DNA from: a bacterium | GTDB lineage: Bacteria > Chloroflexota > Dormibacteria > Aeolococcales > Bog-877 | Direction: 5' to 3' | Assembly: GCA_021827985.1 (NCBI GenBank) | Contig: JAKATL010000002.1 | Span: 846-64,845, forward strand | DNA length: 64,000 bases | In this document: one piece after another, positions 38,408-47,258 of the stretch | How the letters are laid out: the number at the start of each line of letters is the position of its first letter | Position numbering within the stretch: position 1 is the first letter of the stretch | The notes under the pieces: model-generated | Told to the model about the DNA's origin: nothing | Databases searched by the model: none | The model's input: the letters and a program-made list of their open reading frames with translations, nothing else | Made by a program: the position numbers and the translations under genes

Positions 38408-39394
38408 ATGCCCCTGGCCACCTCCGACACCATCGCGATCCTGGCCGACAACCTGCGGCTGCGCAAGTCGGTGCTTCCCATCCCCGCCGCCAATGCCATC
38501 CGCTGGACGGAGGGGCTGCACCTGCGTCGGGGCGGGGACACCGTCCTCTACACCGGGCAGATGTACCAGCTGATCCCCTACATCGAGCAGCTGGTGGCCG
38601 CGGAGGAGCGGCTGGGGGACTCCTTCCTGGCCGGCTTCACCGGATTTGGTCGCCAGGTGAACCGGGTCCTGAACCTCGCCGGGTTCATGGCCCACCCCAG
38701 CTCTGCGGAGCGGTCGGTGTACGACCGGATCCCCCACAACGTGGCCCTGCTCTTGCGTCGAGCCGGGGTCGACTTCGGGTCCCTGTTCGAGGATGACCTC
38801 TACTCGGGGGCGCTCATCTACGACCTCGGGGTGGACGAGGTCCTGGCCGCCCACGCCCGCACCGTGTACGAGGTCTTCCAGAAGTACGAGGTGAAGGAGG
38901 TCATCACCATCGACCCCCACACCACCAACATGCTGCGCTCGGTCTACCCCACGTTCATTCCCGGTTATGAGCTCAAGGTGCGCAGCTACCTGGAGGTGCT
39001 GGCGGAGCGCGGCTTCGGACCCACGCGCAGGCTGGCCGGAGAGGTGGCCATCCACGACTCGTGCGTCTTCGCCCGCTACGAGGGGGTGGTGGACGCCCCC
39101 CGCCAGCTCCTGGACCAAGCCGGGCTCACGGTGCGCGAGCCGGCCCACAGCGGCATCATGACCTGGTGCTGCGGCGGACCGGCCGAGTCCCTCTTCCCCA
39201 GGCGGGCGGCTGAGCAGGCGGCCCGGCGGGTCGGCGAGCTGCGGGCGGTGGCGGGCCGGGCGGTCACCATGTGCCCGCTTTGCTTCGTCAATCTGGAGAA
39301 GGCAGCCGAAGACGTGATCGCCATCGAGGACATCTCCGACTACCTGTTGCGGGCCTGCGAGGGCCCGGAAGGAGAGTCAGATGGACAGCTCTAA
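38408..39394 (+). CDS. CCG-domain (HdrB/HdrD/GlpC-like) Fe-S protein
   Basis: C-terminal HDSC...WCCGG...TMCPLC; N-terminal CCG repeat degenerate (YSGA, ITIDPHT). Confidence 0.85.
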   Translation: MPLATSDTIAILADNLRLRKSVLPIPAANAIRWTEGLHLRRGGDTVLYTGQMYQLIPYIEQLVAAEERLGDSFLAGFTGFGRQVNRVLNLAGFMAHPSSAERSVYDRIPHNVALLLRRAGVDFGSLFEDDLYSGALIYDLGVDEVLAAHARTVYEVFQKYEVKEVITIDPHTTNMLRSVYPTFIPGYELKVRSYLEVLAERGFGPTRRLAGEVAIHDSCVFARYEGVVDAPRQLLDQAGLTVREPAHSGIMTWCCGGPAESLFPRRAAEQAARRVGELRAVAGRAVTMCPLCFVNLEKAAEDVIAIEDISDYLLRACEGPEGESDGQL

Positions 39395-39857
39395 GAAGAC
39401 CCTCATCGTGTTCAGCGGAGATCTGGACCGGGCCATCGCCGCCTTCATCATCGCCACCGGAGCCGCTGCCATGGGCGATGAGGTGACCATGTTCTTCACC
39501 TTCTGGGGGCTCAACATTCTGCGCAAGAGCTCGGCACCGCACCACCACAAGGCCCTGCTCCAGGCGATGTTCGGGGCCATGATGCCCCGGGGCACCGCCC
39601 GGCTCCGGCTCTCGCAGATGAACTTCCTGGGTCTGGGTCCGCGCCTGATGCGCCGGGTGATGCGCCAGCAGAACGTCATGTCCCTGGAGGAGCTGATGGC
39701 CAGCGCGCGCGAGCAGGGCGTGAAGATGATCGCCTGCAAGATGTCCATGGACGTGCTCGGCCTGTCCGAGGATGAGCTCGTCGACGGTCTGGACTACGTC
39801 GGGGTGGCCAGCTACCTGGCCGAGGCTGACCAAGCCTCGGTGAACCTTTTCGTCTGA
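39381..39857 (+). CDS. DsrE2/DsrE-DsrF-DrsH-like sulfurtransferase
   Basis: VFSGDLD, IIATGAAAMG, FFTFWGL, IACKMSMD, VGVASYL. Confidence 0.9.
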   Translation: MDSSKKTLIVFSGDLDRAIAAFIIATGAAAMGDEVTMFFTFWGLNILRKSSAPHHHKALLQAMFGAMMPRGTARLRLSQMNFLGLGPRLMRRVMRQQNVMSLEELMASAREQGVKMIACKMSMDVLGLSEDELVDGLDYVGVASYLAEADQASVNLFV

Positions 39858-39870
39858 TGGAGTTGGGGGG

Positions 39871-40290
39871 ATGAAGATGGCCAAGATGGTTGTCGGGCTG
39901 GCGAGCGGCAGCGAGGAGACGCTGCTGGTGGCCTCCACCGTGATCGGAGGAGCGGTGGCTCTGGACCAGCGGGTTGACCTGTACCTTCTCCTGGGCGGGG
40001 CCCGAGCCTTCCGCCGGGACGTGGCCACTAGTGAAAGCCCCACCTACGACCACCCGGAACTCCGGGCCGAGATGGAAGCGGGGATTGCCAAGCACAAGAT
40101 CCCGCTCCCCATGGCTCAGCTGCGCAACCTGAAGGCGCAGGGCGACCTGCACATCCACGCCTGCGCCACCGCCGGCAAGATCTGGGGCGCGGAGCAGCTC
40201 TCCGACTTCAGCGACCTCGTTGACGACATCGTGGGCGTCGGCGAGTACGTGATCGCCTGCGCGGAAGCCGACGCGGTCCAGACGCTCTGA
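39871..40290 (+). CDS. DsrE-family protein
   Basis: DsrE-like fold pattern with HIHACATA and VDDIVGVGEY. Confidence 0.75.
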   Translation: MKMAKMVVGLASGSEETLLVASTVIGGAVALDQRVDLYLLLGGARAFRRDVATSESPTYDHPELRAEMEAGIAKHKIPLPMAQLRNLKAQGDLHIHACATAGKIWGAEQLSDFSDLVDDIVGVGEYVIACAEADAVQTL

Positions 40291-40384
40291 CGAAACCGGG
40301 CGGCGGGACCATCTCGGTGCCGCGCCTCGGCTCGCCGTAAGGGTGGCGAGCAGGGCACGCCAGCGGCTGGCGCCCGAACCGGGA

Positions 40385-40678
40385 TCAGAGCTGGAGCGAC
40401 TTCGCGGCCAAAAACTCCTCGATCCCGTACCGGCCGAATTCCCGACCATACCCCGACTGGCGGACGCCTCCGAAGGGAGCCTCGGTGCTGAATGCCCCGC
40501 CGTTCACCTCAACGGTCCCCGCCCGCAGGCGTTGGGCCACGGCCAGAGCTCGCTGCTGGTCCGCTGACCAGACCGCCGCGGCCAGCCCGTAGGGCGTCCC
40601 GTTGGCGATCTCCACAGCATGGTCGTCGCCATCATCACCGATGACGCACAGCACCGGGCCGAAGATCTCCTCCTGGGC
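40385..40678 (-). pseudogene. Displaced 3' fragment of aldehyde dehydrogenase (97 aa)
   Basis: AQEEIFGPV...KSLQL, 92/97 aa identical by manual alignment to the C-terminus of the ALDH at 45559-46995; no start; abuts TnpB-like DNA. Confidence 0.9.
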
Positions 40679-40679
40679 G

Positions 40680-41650
40680 TAGGGGGACTCACCCGGTACC
40701 GCTTCCAGGCTGAAGTTCGCTCCTCGTACCGCCAGGCAGAGTGGCTGGCCCAGGTCGGGGCTCACCGGGCGGTCGCCTACACCATCTCCTGCAACCCTGC
40801 CCATGACCGGTTCTACCTCGATGCCAGTTTCACCCCGGCATCCCCTCTTAGGGTCGCGGCTTACCAGGATCTGCTCTCCGACCCGGCCGCGCGCACCCTG
40901 GCGGTGGACCACAACCGTGGCTTCCTCGCCCCCGCCCTGCTCGACCGCTTCGGCAACCCGGTGGGCTGGCTGCCCCACATCGCACTGGTGACCGAGGACC
41001 GGTCCGCCTGGACCAGGGACGGGCACCTGCGCCAGGCGATCACCGACCTTCTGGACCTGGCCGAGGCGGGAGGCGCCAGGTCCATCACCATTGAGGACCT
41101 CGGCTTCTCGGAGATGCGCTCGACCGGCCGGGAGCAACACGGCTCCCGGCGCTGGGTCCGCAAGGTGGTCTCGGGGATGCCGACCGGCGAGTTCTCGGAT
41201 CGATTGGTGGCGATGGCCTCCAGGCGGGGCATCGCGGTGGTTGGAGTCCCCGCCGCTCACTCCTCGATCTGGGGCAGGCAGCACTGGCTGGCTCCCCTCT
41301 GGGCACAGCATCAGCAGGTATCCGGGCACACGGCCACGGCCGTGGTGCTCGGCAGAAGGGCACTCGGGCACTCGGCCCGGCGCCGACCACCGGCAAGTCC
41401 AGGTGTGACCACATCCGACCGGAGGATCGAAGCGGCGGGGCAACCCGTTGCTGTGGAGAGCTACCACGTGGGAAGCGTCGGCCCGGCGGGTACCGGGTGC
41501 CAGGGCCAGTCCAAGCTCCGAAGGCGCCAGGGCCACCACCCACGTGGCGCAAGACCCGAAACGGCGACGGCTTGCTTGGCAGAGTCCAGGTCGGGAAGGA
41601 CCGCTCGTCCCGACCGGGTGTCGCTTATGGACACTCAGCAGGGACGGTAG
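40680..41650 (+). mobile_element. 5'-truncated IS200/IS605-associated TnpB-like remnant
   Basis: RFYLDASF, RuvC-I TLAVDHN, Ruv[35 protein letters not shown], low-complexity tail ending CAGGGACGGTAG; N-terminus and transposase absent. Confidence 0.75.
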
Positions 41651-41943
41651 GGAAGAGCTTGCCCCCAGCTCCTCTCGCTCGCGGTCGCAGCCGGGACGCC
41701 GCTGCGACCGTAGCCCCAGCCCGGTCCCACTCCCGGCGGCAGCCGCCGCTGCGGGCGGCGCATCCCACCTGGAGTTGCTGCGGCTGGCGGCCGCTGTCGC
41801 CGCCCACTGACGGTCATGGCCCGCGTGGTTCCTTCCATGCCCGGTGGGGGAAATCGCCCTGTGCCGCGGCCGGTCCCAGCTCCAGTATGCAAGACATGCA
41901 GATGCAAGCCTTGCCGATGCATGGTAGGCACGACGGCGGGGAG

Positions 41944-42597
41944 ATGCTGCGGGCGGCGCAGGTTGGGCAGCTGCTCTCCATCGACCGCTCGACGGTCTAT
42001 CGGATGGCGGAGCGCGGGGGCTTGCCGGCGCTCAAGATCGGCCGCCAGTGGAGGTTCCCCTCTCGCGAAATCGGCCTCCTGCTGAGCGCCCGCACCGGGC
42101 GCGGTTCCGAGGTGGTTGCCTCGGGGCGAGCGGCTATGACCGCGGCCACCCGGGCGGCGCTGCCGATGATCGAGCTGGCCGCGCAGCTGCTGGGCGTCAT
42201 GGTCGTTGCCACGGACATGGACGGCGAGCCGGTAGCAGAGGTCCTCAACCCCTGCCCCTGGTTCAGCGAGCATTCTGATGACCCCGAGCTGCTGGACAGC
42301 TGCCTCGCCGACTGGAAGCAGCTGGCCGACGACCCCTGCCTCGACGTCAGCTTCCGCACCGGGCCGCTGGGGCTGGACTGCGCCAGGTCGTTCGTCCGCC
42401 AGGGCAGCCTCCTGGTGGGCATGCTGCTGGCGGGCGGCGTCGCCGCCGCGGAAACCGAGGACCGTGCCGTCTACCGGCTCACGTCGGAGGGCCGGGGACG
42501 GGTGCTCACCTCTCTTCCACTCATCGCGGGCAGGGTGTCCAGCCTGGTGGCGCCAGCACCCGCAGCGGATTCCAACACGAGGTATATGACCAAATGA
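41944..42597 (+). CDS. Excisionase-type HTH (HTH_17) regulator with PocR-like sensory domain
   Basis: [39 protein letters not shown]; C-terminal TDMDGEP..NPCPWF...GPLGLDCA; overlaps the sqr start. Start uncertain. Confidence 0.75.
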   Translation: MLRAAQVGQLLSIDRSTVYRMAERGGLPALKIGRQWRFPSREIGLLLSARTGRGSEVVASGRAAMTAATRAALPMIELAAQLLGVMVVATDMDGEPVAEVLNPCPWFSEHSDDPELLDSCLADWKQLADDPCLDVSFRTGPLGLDCARSFVRQGSLLVGMLLAGGVAAAETEDRAVYRLTSEGRGRVLTSLPLIAGRVSSLVAPAPAADSNTRYMTK

Positions 42598-43835
42598 AGC
42601 GACTTGTGATCCTCGGCGGTGGCACCGCCGGGACCATGGCGGCCAACCGCCTGCGGCGGCGCCTGGACCCGGGCGACTGGAAGATCAGCGTGGTGGATAA
42701 GAGCGAGATCCACTACTACCAGCCCGGGCACCTGTTCGTTCCTTTCGGCATCTACCGGCCCCAGGACGTGGTCAAGCCGCGCCGGCGCTTCATCCCTGAC
42801 GGCGTCGACCTGATCTTCGGGGAGATCGCCCAGGTGGTCCCCGCGGAGAATCGCGTCCTACTCACGGACGGCCAGGAGCTGCCCTACGACTACCTGATCA
42901 TCGCCACCGGCACCTCCCCGCGCCCGGACCAGACTCCCGGGATGGCGGAGACCGAGTGGCGCAAGAGCGTGCACGAGTTCTACACCCTGGAGGGTGCCAC
43001 GGCGCTGGGGGAGCGGCTGGCGGACTGGGACGGCGGCCGCATGCTGGTGCAGATCGTCGACATGCCTATCAAGTGCCCCGTGGCTCCCCTGGAATTCACC
43101 TTCCTCGCCGACGCCTTCTTCGCGGAGCGGGGTATCCGCGACCGGGTGGACCTGACCCTGGTGACGCCGCTGGAGGGAGCCTTCACCAAGCCCATCGCCT
43201 CCAAGCATCTCGGGTCCATCCTCGGCGAACGTGGGGTCAGGATCGAGGGGGACTTTGTGGTCGAGCGCATCGACCCGGACCGCAAGACGGTGGTCTCCTA
43301 CGACGGGCGAGAGATCCCCTTCGACCTGCTGGTGACGGTACCCCTCCACATGGGTGCCGACTACCTGGCGGCGTCTGGCCTGGGCGACGAACTCAACTAC
43401 GTCCCGGTGGACAAGTGCACCCTGCTGTCCAAGGCCTATGCCAACATCTTCGCCATCGGCGACGCTTCGGACATCCCGACCTCCAAGGCTGGGTCTGTGG
43501 CCCACTTCTCCCTGGAGCTGTTCGAGGACAACTTCGTGAGCCATGTGCGCGGCCGGGCCATGACCCGCCCCTTCGACGGGCACGCCAACTGCTTCATCGA
43601 GTCCGGGCACGGCAAGGGGCTGTTGATCGATTTCAACTACGACACAGAGCCGCTGCCCGGAAAGTACCCCCTGCCCGGCATTGGCCCCTTCTCCCTGCTT
43701 CGGGAGACCGAAGCCAACCACTGGGGAAAGATGATGTTTCGCTGGGTCTACTGGAACCTCCTGCTACCCGGCAAGCCGATGCCCCTCGAGCCGCTGATGT
43801 CGATGGCCGGAAAAGAGGTCGAGGTGCTGCCGTGA
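42594..43835 (+). CDS. sqr: Sulfide:quinone oxidoreductase-like flavoprotein
   Basis: LGGGTAG, HYYQPG, YDYLIIATG, IKCPVAPLEF, AIGDA, SKAGSVAH, FDGHANCFIESG, HWGK. Confidence 0.85.
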   Translation: MKRLVILGGGTAGTMAANRLRRRLDPGDWKISVVDKSEIHYYQPGHLFVPFGIYRPQDVVKPRRRFIPDGVDLIFGEIAQVVPAENRVLLTDGQELPYDYLIIATGTSPRPDQTPGMAETEWRKSVHEFYTLEGATALGERLADWDGGRMLVQIVDMPIKCPVAPLEFTFLADAFFAERGIRDRVDLTLVTPLEGAFTKPIASKHLGSILGERGVRIEGDFVVERIDPDRKTVVSYDGREIPFDLLVTVPLHMGADYLAASGLGDELNYVPVDKCTLLSKAYANIFAIGDASDIPTSKAGSVAHFSLELFEDNFVSHVRGRAMTRPFDGHANCFIESGHGKGLLIDFNYDTEPLPGKYPLPGIGPFSLLRETEANHWGKMMFRWVYWNLLLPGKPMPLEPLMSMAGKEVEVLP

Positions 43836-44521
43836 CTGCCCTCACAGAGGCCCCGGCCGAAGAGCGGCTGGCCAGGATCGAGGCGCTTCTGGCGGAGGTC
43901 CGGGAGGAGTTGCAGAGTCGGGCGGTGGCCCGCGAGCGCTGGAGCGAGTTCGCTGATGACCTCGCTCCCCTGGCGGGGGAGGCGGTCTCCCTGCTGACTC
44001 GCCATCTCGACGCCGACGCGCGCGACTTCCCGGCGGCGGCGAGCCTCGCGCACAGCCTGGTCAGGGATGCGGACACTCTCGCGGCCGGGATCGATGCGCT
44101 TCCCACGCTCATCGGCTTCACCGAAGAAGTAGGCCCCCTGGGGACCGCCGCCATGCAGAGCGTCAATCGCCGGCTCCAGCAACTGGACGATCGGGGGTAT
44201 TTCGCCTTCATTCGGCAGACCGCGGCGATCGTGGACAACGTGGTCACCTCGTTCAGCGAGGAGGACGTCAAGCTGCTGGGCGAGAACATCGTGCTCATCC
44301 TGGCCACGGTCAAGGAGATGACCCAGCCAGAGATCATGACCCTGCTGGGGCGGGCGGCGCGTTCCCTGCAGGACGGGGACTCGGTCACGGCGCCGGAAAC
44401 GCCCTCCTCCCTGGCTCTGCTGCGACAGCTTCGAGACCCCATGGTCCGCCGGGGGCTGGCCCGGGTCCTGGCCACCCTGCGCGCCGTGGGGGCGGAGTCC
44501 CCACCCGCTGACCGCCGATGA
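43832..44521 (+). CDS. DUF1641-domain protein
   Basis: GTG overlapping the sqr stop; C-terminal SLALLRQLRDPMVRRGL. Confidence 0.8.
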   Translation: MTALTEAPAEERLARIEALLAEVREELQSRAVARERWSEFADDLAPLAGEAVSLLTRHLDADARDFPAAASLAHSLVRDADTLAAGIDALPTLIGFTEEVGPLGTAAMQSVNRRLQQLDDRGYFAFIRQTAAIVDNVVTSFSEEDVKLLGENIVLILATVKEMTQPEIMTLLGRAARSLQDGDSVTAPETPSSLALLRQLRDPMVRRGLARVLATLRAVGAESPPADRR

Positions 44522-44542
44522 CACAGATTGGAGGTAGTTGAC

Positions 44543-44857
44543 ATGGCCCTGGCCACTATCGCGGGCACCCAGGTCCACGTGGACGACGAGGGGTTCCTGA
44601 CCGAGTACGACGAATGGACCGAGGGGCTGGCCCAGGTGCTGGCCGCCCAAATCGCGATCGAGCTGACAGAGCCGCACTGGAAGGCCATTCACTTCCTGCG
44701 CGAGGACTTCAAGCAGCACGGCGAGACGGCGACCATCCGCCGCATCACCACCGTCGGAGGAATTCCCACTAAGGACCTCTTCACCCTGTTCCCGAAGCAA
44801 CCGGCCAAGAAGATGGCGTACATCGCGGGTCTGCCCAAGCCGCGCGGTTGCGTGTGA
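44543..44857 (+). CDS. TusE/DsrC/DsvC-family sulfur relay protein
   Basis: VDDEGFL, LTEPHWKAIHFLR, LFPKQPAK, IAGLPKPRGCV; single C-terminal Cys. Confidence 0.92.
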   Translation: MALATIAGTQVHVDDEGFLTEYDEWTEGLAQVLAAQIAIELTEPHWKAIHFLREDFKQHGETATIRRITTVGGIPTKDLFTLFPKQPAKKMAYIAGLPKPRGCV

Positions 44858-44880
44858 CCGCAGACCAGGAGGGATCAATC

Positions 44881-45390
44881 GTGACGACCGAAGTCGCTCC
44901 GGCCCCCGTTCCCAAGTTCGACCAAGGTGACGTCGGGCGCAGGCTGGCCATCATCTGCTCCAAGGGCAACTTGGACATGGCCTATCCCGGGCTGGTGCTT
45001 GCCAATGCTGCACTCGGCGAGGGTGTAGAGGTGCACCTGTTCTTTACCTTCTGGGGCTTCGACATGATCACTAAGAAGACCATGGCCCACCTCAAGTTCA
45101 CTCCTCTCGGGAACACCGCCACCCACATGCCCCAGGGCTTGGGAGGGATCCCGGGCATGACGGCCATGGCGACCAACATGCTGAGAAAGCAGATCGCCAG
45201 CATCGGAGTGCCGGATGTGCCGGAATTCCTGGACCAGATCAGTGCGTCCGGTGGGCACCTGTGGGCATGCCGGATGTCCGCCGACATGATGCATGTCGGC
45301 AAGGAGGACCTGCGTGACGACGTCGAAGCCATCATCAACGCCTCAGACTTCATCGAGATGACCGCGGGGGCGCAGCTACTGTTCATCTGA
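44881..45390 (+). CDS. DsrE2-like sulfurtransferase
   Basis: IICSKGNLDMAYP, FFTFWG, WACRMSADM. Confidence 0.88.
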   Translation: MTTEVAPAPVPKFDQGDVGRRLAIICSKGNLDMAYPGLVLANAALGEGVEVHLFFTFWGFDMITKKTMAHLKFTPLGNTATHMPQGLGGIPGMTAMATNMLRKQIASIGVPDVPEFLDQISASGGHLWACRMSADMMHVGKEDLRDDVEAIINASDFIEMTAGAQLLFI

Positions 45391-45558
45391 CCTGAAAGAG
45401 TGGATGGAGGGGGAGCAGGCTGGAGGGAGGGGTGGGGGCCGGTGAGCGCGGCCGAGGGCTCGGACACGGGCCACTGATGAGGTTCTGGGGCTTGCGGTCC
45501 CCGAACAGGATGTGGGGGGCCTACCGATGCCTGTCGGTCGGAGTCGCCCGACCGGGAA

Positions 45559-46995
45559 TCAGAGCTGAAGCGACTTCGGGGCCAGGAACTCCTCGATGCC
45601 GTACCTGCCGAACTCCCGTCCATACCCGGACTGGCGGACCCCACCGAACGGGGCTTCCGTGCTGAAGGCGCCGCCGTTGACCTCCACGGTCCCCGCCCGC
45701 AGCCGCCGGGCCACGGCCAGAGCTCGCTGCTGGTCGGCCGACCAGACCGCAGCGGCCAGCCCGTAGGGAGTCCCATTGGCGATCTCTAGCGCGTGGTCGT
45801 CCCCATCGTGGCCGATTATGCAGAGAACCGGGCCGAAGATCTCCTCCTGAGCGATCGTCATGCCCGGGTCCACCTCGCTGAAGATGGTGGGCTGGACGAA
45901 GTAACCGCGCTCCCGGCCCGCGGGCGGCTCCGCTCCCCCGCAGACCAGCCGGGCTCCCTCCTCAAGGCCGAGGCGAATGTAGCCGCGAACTCGCTCAAGC
46001 TGGACCTGTGAGGCCAGCGGGCCGAGCCGGGTAGCCTCGTCCAGCGGATCGCCGGGCACCAACTTGGCAGCCGTGGCGGCGGCCACCTCCTCCGCCTCCC
46101 TGATCCGGGCACGGGGCACCACCAGCCGGGTGAGGGCGGTGCAAGTCTGCCCCGAGTTCAGAAAGGCGTTGTACACCGCGAACTTGGCCGCCGTGGCCAG
46201 GTCTGCATCGTCCAGGACCACACTGGCGGACTTGCCCCCCAGCTCGAGGGTCACCGGGCGAACCAGAGAACCGGCGAGTTCGGCGATCCTGCGACCCGCC
46301 CGGGTGGAGCCAGTGAAGGACAGCTTGTCCACCAGGGGGTGGGTGACCAGCGCTTCCCCGGTGACCTCGCCTCGCCCGATGAGCACGTTGAGTACACCTG
46401 CAGGGAGTCCCGAGGCCCCGGCTGTCTCCGCCAGGATGAAGGCTGTGAGCGGTGCCACCTCGCTGGCCTTGAGGACCACCGCGCACCCTGCGGCCAGCGC
46501 AGGCGCCACCTTGGCCACCACCTGCTGGAGCGGGTAGTTCCAAGGGGTGATGGCCCCCACCACGCCCACCGGTTCGCGGACCACAAGGCAGTTGCCCAGG
46601 TGTTCGCTTAAGGTCATCGAGGTGAGCGCGTCCGCGGTGTGGGCCAGGATCCCCAAGGGGTTGCCTACCTGGATGGAGCGCGAGTGGCGGATCGGAGTAC
46701 CCACCTCCCTGCTAATAGAGGTGGCGAATTCCTCCGCGCGCTCCTCCATGACCTGGCGCCAGCTCCGGAGCGCCGCGGCCCGCTCATCCGCTGGCACCGC
46801 CGCCCAGTCTGGCAGCGCCCCTTGCGCGGCCCGGACCGCGCGATCGACGTCGCTCGGGGACGCCTCCGTCACCTCGGCTAATACCTCGCCGGTGGAGGCT
46901 TCAAGGACCGGGATCCGCTCCTGCCCCTCAAGCTCGACGAACTCGCCGCCTATGTAGCCGCGCCGAAATCGCTGGTCGCCCACGGGTGCTGCCAT
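45559..46995 (-). CDS. Aldehyde dehydrogenase
   Basis: ITPWNYP, SFTGST, LELGGKS, NSGQTC, EEIFGPV, PFGG. Confidence 0.95.
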   Translation of the reverse strand: MAAPVGDQRFRRGYIGGEFVELEGQERIPVLEASTGEVLAEVTEASPSDVDRAVRAAQGALPDWAAVPADERAAALRSWRQVMEERAEEFATSISREVGTPIRHSRSIQVGNPLGILAHTADALTSMTLSEHLGNCLVVREPVGVVGAITPWNYPLQQVVAKVAPALAAGCAVVLKASEVAPLTAFILAETAGASGLPAGVLNVLIGRGEVTGEALVTHPLVDKLSFTGSTRAGRRIAELAGSLVRPVTLELGGKSASVVLDDADLATAAKFAVYNAFLNSGQTCTALTRLVVPRARIREAEEVAAATAAKLVPGDPLDEATRLGPLASQVQLERVRGYIRLGLEEGARLVCGGAEPPAGRERGYFVQPTIFSEVDPGMTIAQEEIFGPVLCIIGHDGDDHALEIANGTPYGLAAAVWSADQQRALAVARRLRAGTVEVNGGAFSTEAPFGGVRQSGYGREFGRYGIEEFLAPKSLQL

Positions 46996-47258
46996 AACCA
47001 GAATCCCTCCTCTCCCGGGCGGCGGCCCGAACGTGGGGTCCCCGTGGGCCCGGAAGCCCGGGAGATGGCCGCACTGAGCTGGTTCGAGCCGCCGGCAAGT
47101 GTAGCAATCCCCATTTCGCAGTCAGCTCACCGTAGAATGGCCGCAAGCGAGGAGGCAGAATGCGATGCCGAGGCTCCTGGGATCCGACCCGGACGGCGCC
47201 GAGCTCGCCAGGGCGCGTGCATTAGCCCCGGCGCCTGCGTTCGGGGAGCACTGCTGAG

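Noticed and set aside
33417-39394. Methanogenic CoM-CoB heterodisulfide reductase or QmoABC
   Set aside because: Bacterial context, no mcr or apr genes in the window, half-degenerate CCG subunit, no QmoC membrane subunit.
40385-41539. 384-aa minus-strand ORF ending in an ALDH C-terminus
   Set aside because: Chimera of antisense TnpB-like DNA and the displaced ALDH fragment; lacks the NAD-binding and catalytic Cys regions.
41944-42100. Prophage excisionase for the ALDH-bracketed segment
   Set aside because: The HTH_17 is fused to a sensory domain and coupled to sqr; no integrase nearby, so a regulator is more likely.
44543-44857. Evidence for dissimilatory sulfite reduction (dsrC)
   Set aside because: Only one C-terminal Cys and no dsrAB/dsrMK in the window; better read as a TusE-like carrier.
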